63,114 bases of DNA from Desulfobacula sp. (lineage in GTDB: Bacteria > Desulfobacterota > Desulfobacteria > Desulfobacterales > Desulfobacteraceae). Shown here one piece after another: positions 39,173 through 48,706 of the stretch (the first letter of the stretch is position 1; every line of letters starts with the position of its first letter). The translations under genes were made by a program, and so were the position numbers. The stretch lies in NCBI GenBank assembly GCA_021647625.1, contig JAKIUJ010000001.1, forward strand, positions 1 through 63,114, in the 5' to 3' direction. Under the pieces are notes generated by a model. The model searched no databases and was not told the origin of the DNA. It saw nothing but the letters and a program-made list of their open reading frames with translations.

Positions 39173-40579
39173 ATGACCGTAAATATTCTGGTTGTGGATG
39201 ATGAAAAGGATATGACCCGGCTTTTGCAGCGTACCCTTGAACCTGAGTTGGACTGCCGGGTCACCATGGCTTTTTCCGGAGACATGGCCCTGAATGTTTT
39301 GGGACAGGCCTTCGTTGACAAGACCCCGTTTGACCTGGTCATCTGCGATATTAAAATGCCGGGTATGGACGGGTTTGAACTTCTTGACCGGTTAAAACAG
39401 GATTACCCCGATATCACCGTGGTGATGCTCACTGCATTCGGAAACATTGAGTCGGCTGTAAAAGCCATAAAAAAGGGGGCTTATGATTTTATACCCAAAC
39501 CTTTTGAGCAGGGTGAGATTATATTCAAGATCCAAAAGGCCCTTGAAAGAAGCCTGCTGTTAAAAGAAAACAAACGCCTGAAAGAAAATGGAACAAGACC
39601 ATTTGAATTGATCGGCAAAAGCGAACCCATGCAAAGGGTGTTTGATCAAATAAGTTTGATTGCTTCAAGTGATGTCACTGTATTAATCACCGGGGAATCA
39701 GGGACCGGAAAAGACCTGACTGCAAGATCCATCCATGCAGCAAGCCCTCGAAACAAAAAAGCATTTATCCCGGTCAACTGCCCGACCATTCCCGAGCATA
39801 TTCTGGAAAGCGAATTGTTCGGATATAAAAAAGGGGCATTTACAAGCGCAACCCGGGACAAGACAGGCCTTTTCCAGGAAGCAGATAAAGGAACCATTTT
39901 CTTAGATGAAATCGGAGATATCGGCCCGTCCATTCAGACCAAATTATTAAGGGTCCTCCAGGAAAAAGAGATCAAACCTTTAGGCGATACAAAAATTAAA
40001 AAAGTAGATGTTAGAATCATTGCATCTACCAATCAGAATCTTCAGCAGAAAATGGCGGATAATGAATTCAGACAGGATTTTTTCTACCGGCTCAATGTGC
40101 TCTCCATTGAACTGCCCCCCCTCAGGGACAGGATCACCGATATCCCGTTAATTGCTGAACATCTTGTGGTAAAACACTGCAAAAAAATGAAAAAAAAAAT
40201 GAAAACCATACCTTTGGATGTGATGGATCTGTTAATGAAACATCCCTGGCCCGGAAATGTACGGGAGTTGGAAAACGTCCTTGTGCAAGGTATTCTTTAT
40301 TCAAAGGAAGATGCCCTGCAATTGTCCAATATTCCGATTGATAACACGAACATCCCAAAGAGCAAGCGCATCCATTTTGACACTGAGCACCTTGCATCCC
40401 TACCCTATAAAAATGCCAAAGAAAAAATGCTCCATGAATTTAACCATGATTACATCGGTGCCAAACTTTCCATTACAAACGGTAATATCACCCAGGCAGC
40501 TAAAAAATGTCACATGGACAGACAGGCATTACAACAAATTATGAAACGATTTGAGATAGACCCGGACCGTTTCAGATAG
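39173..40579 (+). CDS. sigma54-dependent response regulator (NtrC family)
   Basis: Receiver domain; GESGTGK; ESELFGYKKGAFTSA; WPGNVRELEN; Fis-type HTH. Confidence 0.95.
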   Translation: MTVNILVVDDEKDMTRLLQRTLEPELDCRVTMAFSGDMALNVLGQAFVDKTPFDLVICDIKMPGMDGFELLDRLKQDYPDITVVMLTAFGNIESAVKAIKKGAYDFIPKPFEQGEIIFKIQKALERSLLLKENKRLKENGTRPFELIGKSEPMQRVFDQISLIASSDVTVLITGESGTGKDLTARSIHAASPRNKKAFIPVNCPTIPEHILESELFGYKKGAFTSATRDKTGLFQEADKGTIFLDEIGDIGPSIQTKLLRVLQEKEIKPLGDTKIKKVDVRIIASTNQNLQQKMADNEFRQDFFYRLNVLSIELPPLRDRITDIPLIAEHLVVKHCKKMKKKMKTIPLDVMDLLMKHPWPGNVRELENVLVQGILYSKEDALQLSNIPIDNTNIPKSKRIHFDTEHLASLPYKNAKEKMLHEFNHDYIGAKLSITNGNITQAAKKCHMDRQALQQIMKRFEIDPDRFR

Positions 40580-40582
40580 CTA

Positions 40583-40600
40583 GTGTTTGAACAAAAAAGT
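40583..40600 (-). repeat. Solo terminal repeat of MITE family A
   Basis: TAGCTA target followed by GTGTTTGAACAAAAA; no element body follows. Confidence 0.45.
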
Positions 40601-40695
40601 GGAAAACATGGATATTATTCAGAATATAAATTCAGCCTCCTGTAAATTGCGCGGTCACTGTGATAGGATGCCGCATAAATTTGTGAGGAGATAAA

Positions 40696-41421
40696 ATGAG
40701 CTTGATGTACGAGGAACTGGATTTTCGGCCAACGCCTATCGGAGACCTGATGCTGAGACGCCGTCGTTTGATACAACTTGGGGGGCTTGATATCTATGAA
40801 GTCAAGCTTGGCGAGCACTTTTTAATGACCAGTTTGTTTCATGAGGCCGAAGTTCAGCTGTCCGGACTTGGGCTTGGTCTGTTGGAAAAAGAAAATCTTG
40901 ACGTTGTGGTCGGAGGGCTCGGGCTGGGGTATACAGCGGTTGCCGCATTGGAGGACCCGCGCGTAAAGTCGCTCGTTGTTGTCGAGTATTTAGAGGGTGT
41001 TATCGAGTGGCATCAAAACGGGCTGGTTCCGATGGGAAAAACCTTGACTAACGATTCCCGCTGCCGGCTCGTACATGCTGATTTTTTTGCTCTGTCCCGA
41101 AACGTACCCAAAAGCTTTGACCCAGAAAATCCTGAAAATAAGCATGACGCCATCCTTTTAGATATCGATCATACGCCAACGAACGTATTACACCATACGA
41201 ACACCCGGTTTTATACTGAAAAAGGCCTTGGGGAGCTTGCGCAGCATTTGAAGCCCGGCGGAGTGTTCGGCCTCTGGGCAGACGGGTTCCCGGAAAGAGC
41301 ATTTACCGATCTTTTGAGCACGGTGTTTGAAAGCGCGAAATCGCATACCATCGAATTTGATAATCCGTTAACCGGAGGCAAGTCCGAAGGTGCGGTTTAC
41401 GTGGCTCGAGTGGGGTTTTAG
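40696..41421 (+). CDS. Spermidine synthase-like SAM-dependent methyltransferase
   Basis: FLMTSLF, VVVGGLGLGYT, DAILLDIDH, HLKPGGVF. Confidence 0.85.
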   Translation: MSLMYEELDFRPTPIGDLMLRRRRLIQLGGLDIYEVKLGEHFLMTSLFHEAEVQLSGLGLGLLEKENLDVVVGGLGLGYTAVAALEDPRVKSLVVVEYLEGVIEWHQNGLVPMGKTLTNDSRCRLVHADFFALSRNVPKSFDPENPENKHDAILLDIDHTPTNVLHHTNTRFYTEKGLGELAQHLKPGGVFGLWADGFPERAFTDLLSTVFESAKSHTIEFDNPLTGGKSEGAVYVARVGF

Positions 41422-41685
41422 GCAAAGGGGTATGAAATAAAAACATGTTCCTTGTTTGATTTTCGTTAGGTTAAAAGCAGATCCCTTGCCCATTCCGGTA
41501 AGAAATTTGATTTTATTTCATAGTGTCCTGAATCCGTAGTCCCCTGTCCTGTTTCAGGTTCATATAAAATTTGTTGTAGTTTTGCGACTTCAACAAGAGT
41601 TTCTAAACGAACCACCCGTTTATCAATTTCAATGGTTCTTTCTGACAGTTTTTCGGTTTTTGTATCATACACATAATATAAGCAA

Positions 41686-42015
41686 CTATAGTTTGCTGTC
41701 TTCATCCTTACTTCCCATCTTTACGTTTCTTTTTCATCTGCCGAGACCACTCTTCTTCTCCATACAGTTTCTCAGAGCATTCATCACACATCCCGTGACT
41801 GAACTGCGCATCAGAGTGTTTTTCAATATATGATTCTATCTGGTTCCAGTATCCTTTATCATCTCTGATTTTCTTACAGGATGCGCAGATGGCAACAGTC
41901 CGCTAAGATTTTTTACTTCGTCCAGGGCGGTTTTCAGATGGTCTATCACTTTTTCCCGCTCGTTTTCTTCTTTGGCAAGGGCATTAACCGCAAAAAAGAG
42001 CCCGATTAATCCCAT
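41686..42015 (-). pseudogene. Frameshifted remnant of the deltaproteobacterial 'LSGLLPICASCKKIRDD...FSHGMC' domain protein
   Basis: ...ALDEVKNLSGLLP / ICASCKKIRDDKGYWNQIESYIEKHSDAQFSHGMCDEC, split by a 1-nt deletion near 41890. Confidence 0.75.
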
Positions 42016-42036
42016 TGCTAATGAGCAAATAGCCTA

Positions 42037-42924
42037 TCATACTCCTTTTAATTCCGGTCTTTTTGGCTGATTAACAATTGGTATACCACCGATTTCAAGA
42101 TTGATCGCATTGGCTTTACACGCCTTAGTGCAGGCCAGACATGAGATGCATTCCAGGTCATCGGGTGACTCATTGAAACGGACACCCATGGGGCAGACAT
42201 CATGGCAGGCTTGACAATGGGTACATAAATTGAGATCCAGATTCAGCCTGACCAGTTTAACCCTGGAAAACAGTGCATAAAATGCCCCGAGCGGACAGGC
42301 GGTTCGACAAAAAGGCCTGCTTGACAACACAGCCCAGACAATAAAAAAGACAAGTATAAACACCTTTAGTGCAAAAATCCAGCCCAGATTCATACGCAGT
42401 GCCGGTTGAAGTATTATCATCGGAATCCCGGCTTCCAATGTACCGGCCGGACAAAAATACTTGCAGAACCATGGCTCCCCGGTTCCAAATTCATCAACGG
42501 CAAAGAGTGGCAACAGAACCACCATGAAAATCAAAAGACCATATTTAAAATAACGCAGCACAGGCCAGATCCCAAACTTTGGAGAGGGAATCTTATGAAT
42601 AAGTTCCTGGAACAATCCAAACGGGCAGGCCCACCCACATACCATGCGGCCGACAAAACCGCCGATGACACCCATGGTACCAATGACATAGAACCCAATA
42701 AAAAACTGCCCTGTTTCAATAGATATCCTGATCCCTGCAAAAAGTTGTTGCAGAGACCCTATCGGACAATAGGTGGTTGAAGCCGGACATGAGTAACAAT
42801 TAAGCCCTGGCGAACAAATTACTTTTAGCGGGCCTTTGTATATTGCTCTTGTGTATGGAAATTTCCAATACCCATTGGTCATAAAAAAAAACAGGACCTG
42901 AACCCATTTACGCATGACATCCAT
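42037..42924 (-). CDS. Membrane 4Fe-4S binding protein (NapH/MauN-like)
   Basis: CSPGLNCYSCP, GRMVCGWACPFG, FCKYFCPAG, RPFCRTACPLG, two ferredoxin motifs. Confidence 0.9.
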   Translation of the reverse strand: MDVMRKWVQVLFFFMTNGYWKFPYTRAIYKGPLKVICSPGLNCYSCPASTTYCPIGSLQQLFAGIRISIETGQFFIGFYVIGTMGVIGGFVGRMVCGWACPFGLFQELIHKIPSPKFGIWPVLRYFKYGLLIFMVVLLPLFAVDEFGTGEPWFCKYFCPAGTLEAGIPMIILQPALRMNLGWIFALKVFILVFFIVWAVLSSRPFCRTACPLGAFYALFSRVKLVRLNLDLNLCTHCQACHDVCPMGVRFNESPDDLECISCLACTKACKANAINLEIGGIPIVNQPKRPELKGV

Positions 42925-42927
42925 AGA

Positions 42928-43098
42928 CTACCCTATACCAATGCAAGACAGACAAATCTGTGTTGCCTGGTTAAGGATCTGTGAAGGTTCATCCAGACCG
43001 ATGCCAATCATACCAAGGATGATAAAAATTATGATTACCACAAATGGGATAATTTTATTTTTTTGTTTTGGCTTTTTTTTTTGATTTTTGCTCTTCAT
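42928..43098 (-). CDS. CD1871A-family CxxC small membrane protein (56 aa, absent from the ORF track)
   Basis: MKSKNQKK...IIPFVVIIIFIILGMIGIGLDEPSQILNQATQICLSCIGIG*. Confidence 0.85.
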   Translation of the reverse strand: MKSKNQKKKPKQKNKIIPFVVIIIFIILGMIGIGLDEPSQILNQATQICLSCIGIG

Positions 43099-43109
43099 GT
43101 TCTTAATTC

Positions 43110-43613
43110 TTACTTATTTATATATTTCATCATCATTTGAAAATATCGGGGTGAATCCCATTGGGCAGGACCGATAAATTTTTCGACAAGAATGCCTTGT
43201 TGATCAACAACAAAGCTCTCGGGTAGACCTGTCAGAAAATATTTAGTACCGGCTACATTCTGAGCATCATCAAGAACAGGCATGGTGATCCCTTTTTGTT
43301 TAGTTACAAAATCTGCTAACGAGACTTTGTCTTTATTCAAGATGGCCAGCATTTTAAACTTATCTTTTGGCAGAGAGGTGTAGAGTTTTTGCATTGAGGG
43401 TAACTCTTTGAGACACGGCGGGCACCAGGTTGCCCAGAAATTAATAAAAACCACCTGTCCTTTGAGTTCAGAAAGAACCCAGGTCTTGCCCTGGCGGTCC
43501 ACCAAAGAAAAATCCGGTGCAGGATCGCCTACTTTCAAAATAGCAGCCCCTTGCCCGCAAGCCGAAATTAACAACGGCAAAGAAATTATCATCAAAAGAA
43601 ATATTTTTTTCAT
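43110..43613 (-). CDS. TlpA-family thiol:disulfide oxidoreductase lipoprotein
   Basis: Lipobox ISAC; VGDPAPDF; INFWATWCPPC; GLPESFVVD. Confidence 0.92.
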   Translation of the reverse strand: MKKIFLLMIISLPLLISACGQGAAILKVGDPAPDFSLVDRQGKTWVLSELKGQVVFINFWATWCPPCLKELPSMQKLYTSLPKDKFKMLAILNKDKVSLADFVTKQKGITMPVLDDAQNVAGTKYFLTGLPESFVVDQQGILVEKFIGPAQWDSPRYFQMMMKYINK

Positions 43614-43690
43614 ACTATTTAAATTTCTCCAAAATCTAACGAACGAATAAGGTATAAAACCCATCCAAGTAATTAATATAGATATCATGT

Positions 43691-44338
43691 TTAATACTTT
43701 GCATCAATTTCTGATTGAATCAATTGATACAATTGTTCACGACCAAAGGTTTCAAGAGGTTTCCCATTCACAAAAAAACCCGGCGTTTTTCGAACATTAA
43801 GTGTTTTAGCATCGGCAAGATCCTGTTCAATAATTTTTAAAATTGCCGGATCCTTCATGTCCTTTTTGATTTGTTCCAGGTCAAGACCGGCTTTTGGAAG
43901 AAATTGCCAAATTTTTTGCGGTTGCGGGTTGTTGTGACTTGCCCAGGATGACTGGGTTTTAAACATAATGTCTAATGTTTCCCAATATTTCCCTTGTTTT
44001 TTAGCTGCTTCAAGAATCTTTACAAAATAGTCTGCCCCATCATGAAAGGGAGCGTATCGAAGAACCAATTTTATTTTACCCGGATTTATTGCCATGATTT
44101 GTTTAACAAGGGGTGAAAAAGCAGCACATGTTTCGCATGCAGGATCCATAAATTCAACAACAAAGACCTTGGCATCATCATCACCAAGTGTTTGGGAATG
44201 CTCGCGTACAAAGGTGGAAGCATTATTTTGAGCCATAAAATCATACATTCGAGCTTGTTCTTTTTTATAGTATAAACCTGTAACGACAAATAGTCCGATC
44301 AATACAATGCATGTACCTGCAAATATTTTATATTTCAT
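43691..44338 (-). CDS. DsbA/BdbD-like thioredoxin-fold protein
   Basis: TM anchor; VEFMDPACETC; VRKTPGFFVNG. Confidence 0.9.
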   Translation of the reverse strand: MKYKIFAGTCIVLIGLFVVTGLYYKKEQARMYDFMAQNNASTFVREHSQTLGDDDAKVFVVEFMDPACETCAAFSPLVKQIMAINPGKIKLVLRYAPFHDGADYFVKILEAAKKQGKYWETLDIMFKTQSSWASHNNPQPQKIWQFLPKAGLDLEQIKKDMKDPAILKIIEQDLADAKTLNVRKTPGFFVNGKPLETFGREQLYQLIQSEIDAKY

Positions 44339-44833
44339 TTAGGATGTCCTTTTCTTTAATAGTATTAAGAGGATTATAATTATTGTAAACGTAAACAAAG
44401 AAAGCATGGGTATTGTTATAAAACCAAACAAATCTATATATTTTTCCGTACACGAAACTCCCTGACTGCAGGGTTGCAAATCTTGCGGAATAATTTTTGA
44501 ATAAAGCAAATTATGGTAAAGGGCTGTCATCCACCCGGCAATTGCCAATGGCAACGCATACACCACAGCACGCTTGTCAAAAGGGAAAAGTCCTGTTCCT
44601 AAAATAATGACCAGCGGGAACAAGCATATTCTTTGATACCAGCACAAAACACAGGGGGCAAACTCCATGACATGACTGAAAAAAAGACTTCCCAAGGTAG
44701 AGACGGTGACGATAACCCAGGTAAAAAAAAGTATGGTCCAATTCTTGTTGGACAAATTCTTGTTGGACAAATTCTTGTCGGGCACATTCTTATTGGGCAA
44801 TGGATCTGTTTGGGGCATTTTTAATTCTTTCAA
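44339..44833 (-). CDS. DsbB/BdbC-family disulfide bond formation protein
   Basis: GSLFFS, PCVLCWYQRI, PCSQGVSC, FGFITIPMLS. Confidence 0.92.
   Translation of the reverse strand: MKELKMPQTDPLPNKNVPDKNLSNKNLSNKNWTILFFTWVIVTVSTLGSLFFSHVMEFAPCVLCWYQRICLFPLVIILGTGLFPFDKRAVVYALPLAIAGWMTALYHNLLYSKIIPQDLQPCSQGVSCTEKYIDLFGFITIPMLSLFTFTIIIILLILLKKRTS
44741..44800. repeat. 15-bp tandem repeat x4 in the dsbB 5' end
   Basis: ATTCTTGTTGGACAA twice plus two degenerate copies, encoding [LV][PS][ND]KN repeats. Confidence 0.85.
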
Positions 44834-44948
44834 AATATTTTTTTTAAAATGATCAAGTTTTTATCAGAACACAGCATGCCTGATAAACACCCACCACACA
44901 CGATGATCATCATACCTGCCTGTTGATATTTAGTTTTTGAACGATCCG

Positions 44949-45416
44949 TTAACAGAGAAAACTCTGGGTGAGGGTGTAAATAGGAACGGATTGAATTGAT
45001 CTGTGGTGTTCAAAAACAGGACGTATTGTTTTATTTTTATTTCCTATATTTTGACCAATATCAACAAGACCTAAAGACTGCATCTTAAAATTGGAGTGTT
45101 GCGTATTTAAAAAAAGAGAGCCTTCAGATGGACACGCCTTGGTTTTGCAACAAAAATCCTTTTCAGCCATCGGGGCTTTAACCATCGGGGCTTTAACCAT
45201 CGGGATATTCCTGGCTGGAATGAAAAGCACCGGCATACAGCGAGAACTATTTGGATATGTTGAAATCAGCGATCCGGGCTTTTGAGAAAGCGGACTTGTT
45301 TTGCAGCATAGATTGTATCCTGAATCATCACACGTTATACCCGCATAGGTGGATCCAAAAATTATAATCCATAAAACAAGGGTTGTCCAAAATAAATTGT
45401 AAAAAATTTTTTTCAT
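44949..45416 (-). CDS. Cys-rich hypothetical protein leading the dsb operon
   Basis: N-terminal hydrophobic segment, CC pairs, C-terminal PIYTLTQSFLC; internal 15-bp duplication (PMVKA twice). Confidence 0.6.
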   Translation of the reverse strand: MKKIFYNLFWTTLVLWIIIFGSTYAGITCDDSGYNLCCKTSPLSQKPGSLISTYPNSSRCMPVLFIPARNIPMVKAPMVKAPMAEKDFCCKTKACPSEGSLFLNTQHSNFKMQSLGLVDIGQNIGNKNKTIRPVFEHHRSIQSVPIYTLTQSFLC

Positions 45417-45572
45417 TATTATCTATCTCAATTCCAGGTTTAGCTATCCCAAAACAAGTGGTTTTGTCAAGAAATTCCTAATTATTATACCTGGATACTA
45501 ATACTTAAGCAAGTTACCAAAAAATCACTTGATCATTATTATCGGCACGATATCACTGTTAAAAAATTATAC

Positions 45573-45604
45573 TTGACACCCTTCTATTGTATACAGTATA
45601 CAAT
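45573..45604 (+). promoter_or_regulatory. Promoter with GntR-type operator 1
   Basis: TTGACA (45573-45578) followed by the perfect palindrome ATTGTATAC-A-GTATACAAT (45586-45604) over the -10 region. Confidence 0.8.
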
Positions 45605-45714
45605 TATGAGCGATTTGTCATGAAAATACAATAAATTCAATAGTTCATGGCTTTGAAAATAAGCAATAACGGCTTTAAAAACAAGCAACAAAACCCCTAC
45701 AAAGGACAGTGAAC

Positions 45715-47274
45715 ATGGCTGAAAAAACCCACGAAAAAGAACTTGAACGATTAAAGGAACTCCAGCAAAAAGCCTGTATGGGCGGCGGAGAAAAAGCCAT
45801 TAACCGCCACCGTTCCAGAGGAAAACTCACCGCACAAGAGAGGCTTGATCTTTTATTTGATCCGAAAAGTTTTGTTGAATTAAATGATTTGGCCCAAAGC
45901 CAGTGTGTGGATTTTGGCATGGAAAAAAGAGCGGTACCCGGAGACGGTGTTGTCATTGGCTATGGCACAATTGATGGACGAACCGTCTTTGCCTATGCCC
46001 AGGATGCCACTGTCCTAGGCGGGTCTGTGGGAACGATCCACGGGCAAAAGATATGCAGGATCATGGATGAAGCCTTAAAGGTAAAAGCGCCATTGATCGG
46101 CCTGAACGATTCAGGAGGCGGCCGGCTTCATGAAGGTTTTTTTGCATCTAAAGGTGTTGCAGGCATGTTCCTGCGAAATACGGCAGCCTCCGGAGTGATT
46201 CCACAGATCTCCTGCATCATGGGACCCTGCGCCGGTGTTTCAGTATACTCCCCTGCCCTGACCGATTTTATTATCATGGTGGAAAAACAAAGCCAGATGG
46301 TCATCACAGGACCCAAGATTATTAAAGATGTCACAGGAGAGACTGTTACTCTTGAAGAGCTTGGCGGATCTGATATTCATAGCAGTGTGACAGGTCAGGC
46401 CCATTTTGTTACCAAAGATGACAAAGAAAGCATTGAACTGATCCGGTATCTTTTGGGATTTTTACCTTCTAACCATGAAAAAGCCCCACCCTGCCTTGAG
46501 TGTAATGATGATCCGGAACGGAAAAATACGACGCTGACAGATATCGTACCGGCAAACTTCAAACAGGCCTATGACATGCATAAGGTCATAACCGAGGTTA
46601 CGGACAACAATGAATTTTTAGAAATTCTGCCCAGGTTTGCCCCGAACATCATCACAGGATTAGCCCGTATAGAGGGACAAAGTGTGGGTGTAGTTGCAAA
46701 CCAGCCCTCTCTTATGGCTGGTTGTCTGGATTATAATTCTTCTGATAAAGCGGCACGATTTATCAGATTTTGTGATTGTTTTAACATTCCTTTGGTCAAC
46801 TTAGTGGATGTTCCGGGATATTTCCCAGGAATTGACCAGGAACGGGCCGGTATTATCCGGCATGGCGCCAAAATGCTCTATGCTTATGCAGAAGCCACTG
46901 TACCCAAAATCACCCTTGCCTTAAGAAAAGAATACGGCGGCGCTGTCATGGCCATGTGCTGTGCCGGAATGGGTGTGGATTTAATGTTGGCCTGGCCTGT
47001 AGCCCAATTGGTTGTATTGGATACCGCAGCTGCCATAAACATTATATATAGAAAAGAAATCATGGCTGCTGAAGATCCGGAAAGCTTTAAGGCACAAAAA
47101 ATTGATGAATATAATTTTAAATATTCAAACCCGTTCCATGCTGCATCCAATATGCTGGTGGACCGGATTATTGAACCCGAAGAGACACGGACCCAGATCG
47201 CAAAAGGCCTTCGTATGCTCAAAAACAAAAAACGGCCCGAACCGTTCAGAAGACATGGAAATATACCCTTATAA
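45715..47274 (+). CDS. Acyl-CoA carboxylase/decarboxylase carboxyltransferase subunit (PccB/MmdA-like)
   Basis: RGKLTAQERL, PGDGVV, NDSGGGR, VDVPGYFPG, GIIRHGAKMLYAYAEATVPK, RHGNIPL. Confidence 0.93.
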   Translation: MAEKTHEKELERLKELQQKACMGGGEKAINRHRSRGKLTAQERLDLLFDPKSFVELNDLAQSQCVDFGMEKRAVPGDGVVIGYGTIDGRTVFAYAQDATVLGGSVGTIHGQKICRIMDEALKVKAPLIGLNDSGGGRLHEGFFASKGVAGMFLRNTAASGVIPQISCIMGPCAGVSVYSPALTDFIIMVEKQSQMVITGPKIIKDVTGETVTLEELGGSDIHSSVTGQAHFVTKDDKESIELIRYLLGFLPSNHEKAPPCLECNDDPERKNTTLTDIVPANFKQAYDMHKVITEVTDNNEFLEILPRFAPNIITGLARIEGQSVGVVANQPSLMAGCLDYNSSDKAARFIRFCDCFNIPLVNLVDVPGYFPGIDQERAGIIRHGAKMLYAYAEATVPKITLALRKEYGGAVMAMCCAGMGVDLMLAWPVAQLVVLDTAAAINIIYRKEIMAAEDPESFKAQKIDEYNFKYSNPFHAASNMLVDRIIEPEETRTQIAKGLRMLKNKKRPEPFRRHGNIPL

Positions 47275-47304
47275 CCAATTTTTAATGGATGGAGATGTAC
47301 AGAT

Positions 47305-48450
47305 ATGGATTTTAGACTTACTAAAGAACAAAAATATATTCAAAAAGCAGCCCGGGAATTTGCAAAAGGAGAATTGGCACAGGTTGGCCGCGAATATGAT
47401 TTAAACGAAACCTACCCGGAAGAGATTATTAAGAAAGCAAGAGAACTCGATTTGATCGGGCTTTTCATTCCTGAAAAATTCGGTGGCCCGGGGCTTGGCT
47501 ATCTGGAACAGGCCATTGTGTTGGAAGAATTGTGGAAAGTTGATCCTGGGATAAGCCAGCAACTGTGTTCTTTAACCTTTGGTGCAGAAGAATTTATTCT
47601 TTTCGGCACCCAGGATCAGGGTAAAAAGTTTCTTGAGCCGATTTTTACAGGCGATGCTGTCATGGGATTCGCCATCACAGAACCGGATGCGGGATCGGAT
47701 ACGCTTTCCGCCTCTACTCTGGCTGTTAAAGAGGGCAATGAATGGGTGATTAACGGTTCAAAGGTCATGATTGGAAACGGCACCAAGGGGACGTTCATGC
47801 TTATCTTTGCGCTCACTGATCCCGATGCAAAATCCAGTGCAAAACGACACAGTATCTTTATTGTTGAAACCGACAGAGAGGGATACACGGCAGAACCCAT
47901 GCATGGCAAAATGGGGCTGCGCTGTTCCGATACGGCAGCCATCTATCTGAACAATGTACGCGTACCCGAAGAAAACCTTCTGGGAAAACAGGGCAATGGT
48001 TTTCATCAACTCATGGCCTTTTTTGACAGAAGCCGGGCCTATGTCAGCGCCCATGGGGTTGGCCTTGCCCAGGGAGCCCTGGATATGGCAGTCAAGCATA
48101 TAAAGGGAAGAAAACAGTTTGGAAAACCCATTGGCAGTTTCCAGGGTGTCCAGTTTAAAGTGGCTGACATGGCTGTCAAAGTTGAGCTTGCCCGGAACAT
48201 TATGTACAAGGCGGCCTGGCTGTTGGATAACGGCACGCCGGATACCCACGTAACGGCCATGGCAAAAATGTATGCCGCCCGTATTGCTGTTGAGGTGGTT
48301 GATGAAGCGCTTCAGCTTCATGGTGGCTACGGATATTTTGATGATTATGATATTGAACGGTTTTACAGGGCTGCCAAGGTGCTTGAAATCTATGAAGGGG
48401 CCAAGGAAATTGAAAAAATGATTATTGGACGGACGATTATCGGGCTATAG
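47305..48450 (+). CDS. Acyl-CoA dehydrogenase
   Basis: FAITEPDAGSD, RKQFGKPIGSFQ, QLHGGYGY, IYEGAKEI. Confidence 0.95.
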   Translation: MDFRLTKEQKYIQKAAREFAKGELAQVGREYDLNETYPEEIIKKARELDLIGLFIPEKFGGPGLGYLEQAIVLEELWKVDPGISQQLCSLTFGAEEFILFGTQDQGKKFLEPIFTGDAVMGFAITEPDAGSDTLSASTLAVKEGNEWVINGSKVMIGNGTKGTFMLIFALTDPDAKSSAKRHSIFIVETDREGYTAEPMHGKMGLRCSDTAAIYLNNVRVPEENLLGKQGNGFHQLMAFFDRSRAYVSAHGVGLAQGALDMAVKHIKGRKQFGKPIGSFQGVQFKVADMAVKVELARNIMYKAAWLLDNGTPDTHVTAMAKMYAARIAVEVVDEALQLHGGYGYFDDYDIERFYRAAKVLEIYEGAKEIEKMIIGRTIIGL

Positions 48451-48453
48451 CAC

Positions 48454-48598
48454 CAGGGCTAACGCATGTAACTTTTCCATATTAATGATTTCAGGTAGTT
48501 ACGGTTTGAAGGTAAACGCAAATGAAAATCTCGTTTTGCATAAGTACCTGTAAAACAAAGAATTAAAATTCATGCCAAGTTTAAATGCGTTTACCCTG
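48454..48598 (-). mobile_element. MITE family B (ISAs1-like)
   Basis: CAGGGCTAACGCAT ... ATGCGTTTACCCTG; 10-bp TSD GCTATAGCAC/GCTATAGTAC. Confidence 0.9.
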
Positions 48599-48635
48599 GC
48601 TATAGTACGATTATAATAATACTTGCACAAACAAG

Positions 48636-48652
48636 CTGTATACCGTATACAG
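48636..48652 (+). promoter_or_regulatory. GntR-type operator 2
   Basis: CTGTATAC-C-GTATACAG palindrome followed by degenerate GTGTAC/AGGTAC units. Confidence 0.75.
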
Positions 48653-48706
48653 TGTACGAGGTACAATTATTATAAACCGTATCTATCTTCATTAATGGAG
48701 AAGTTT

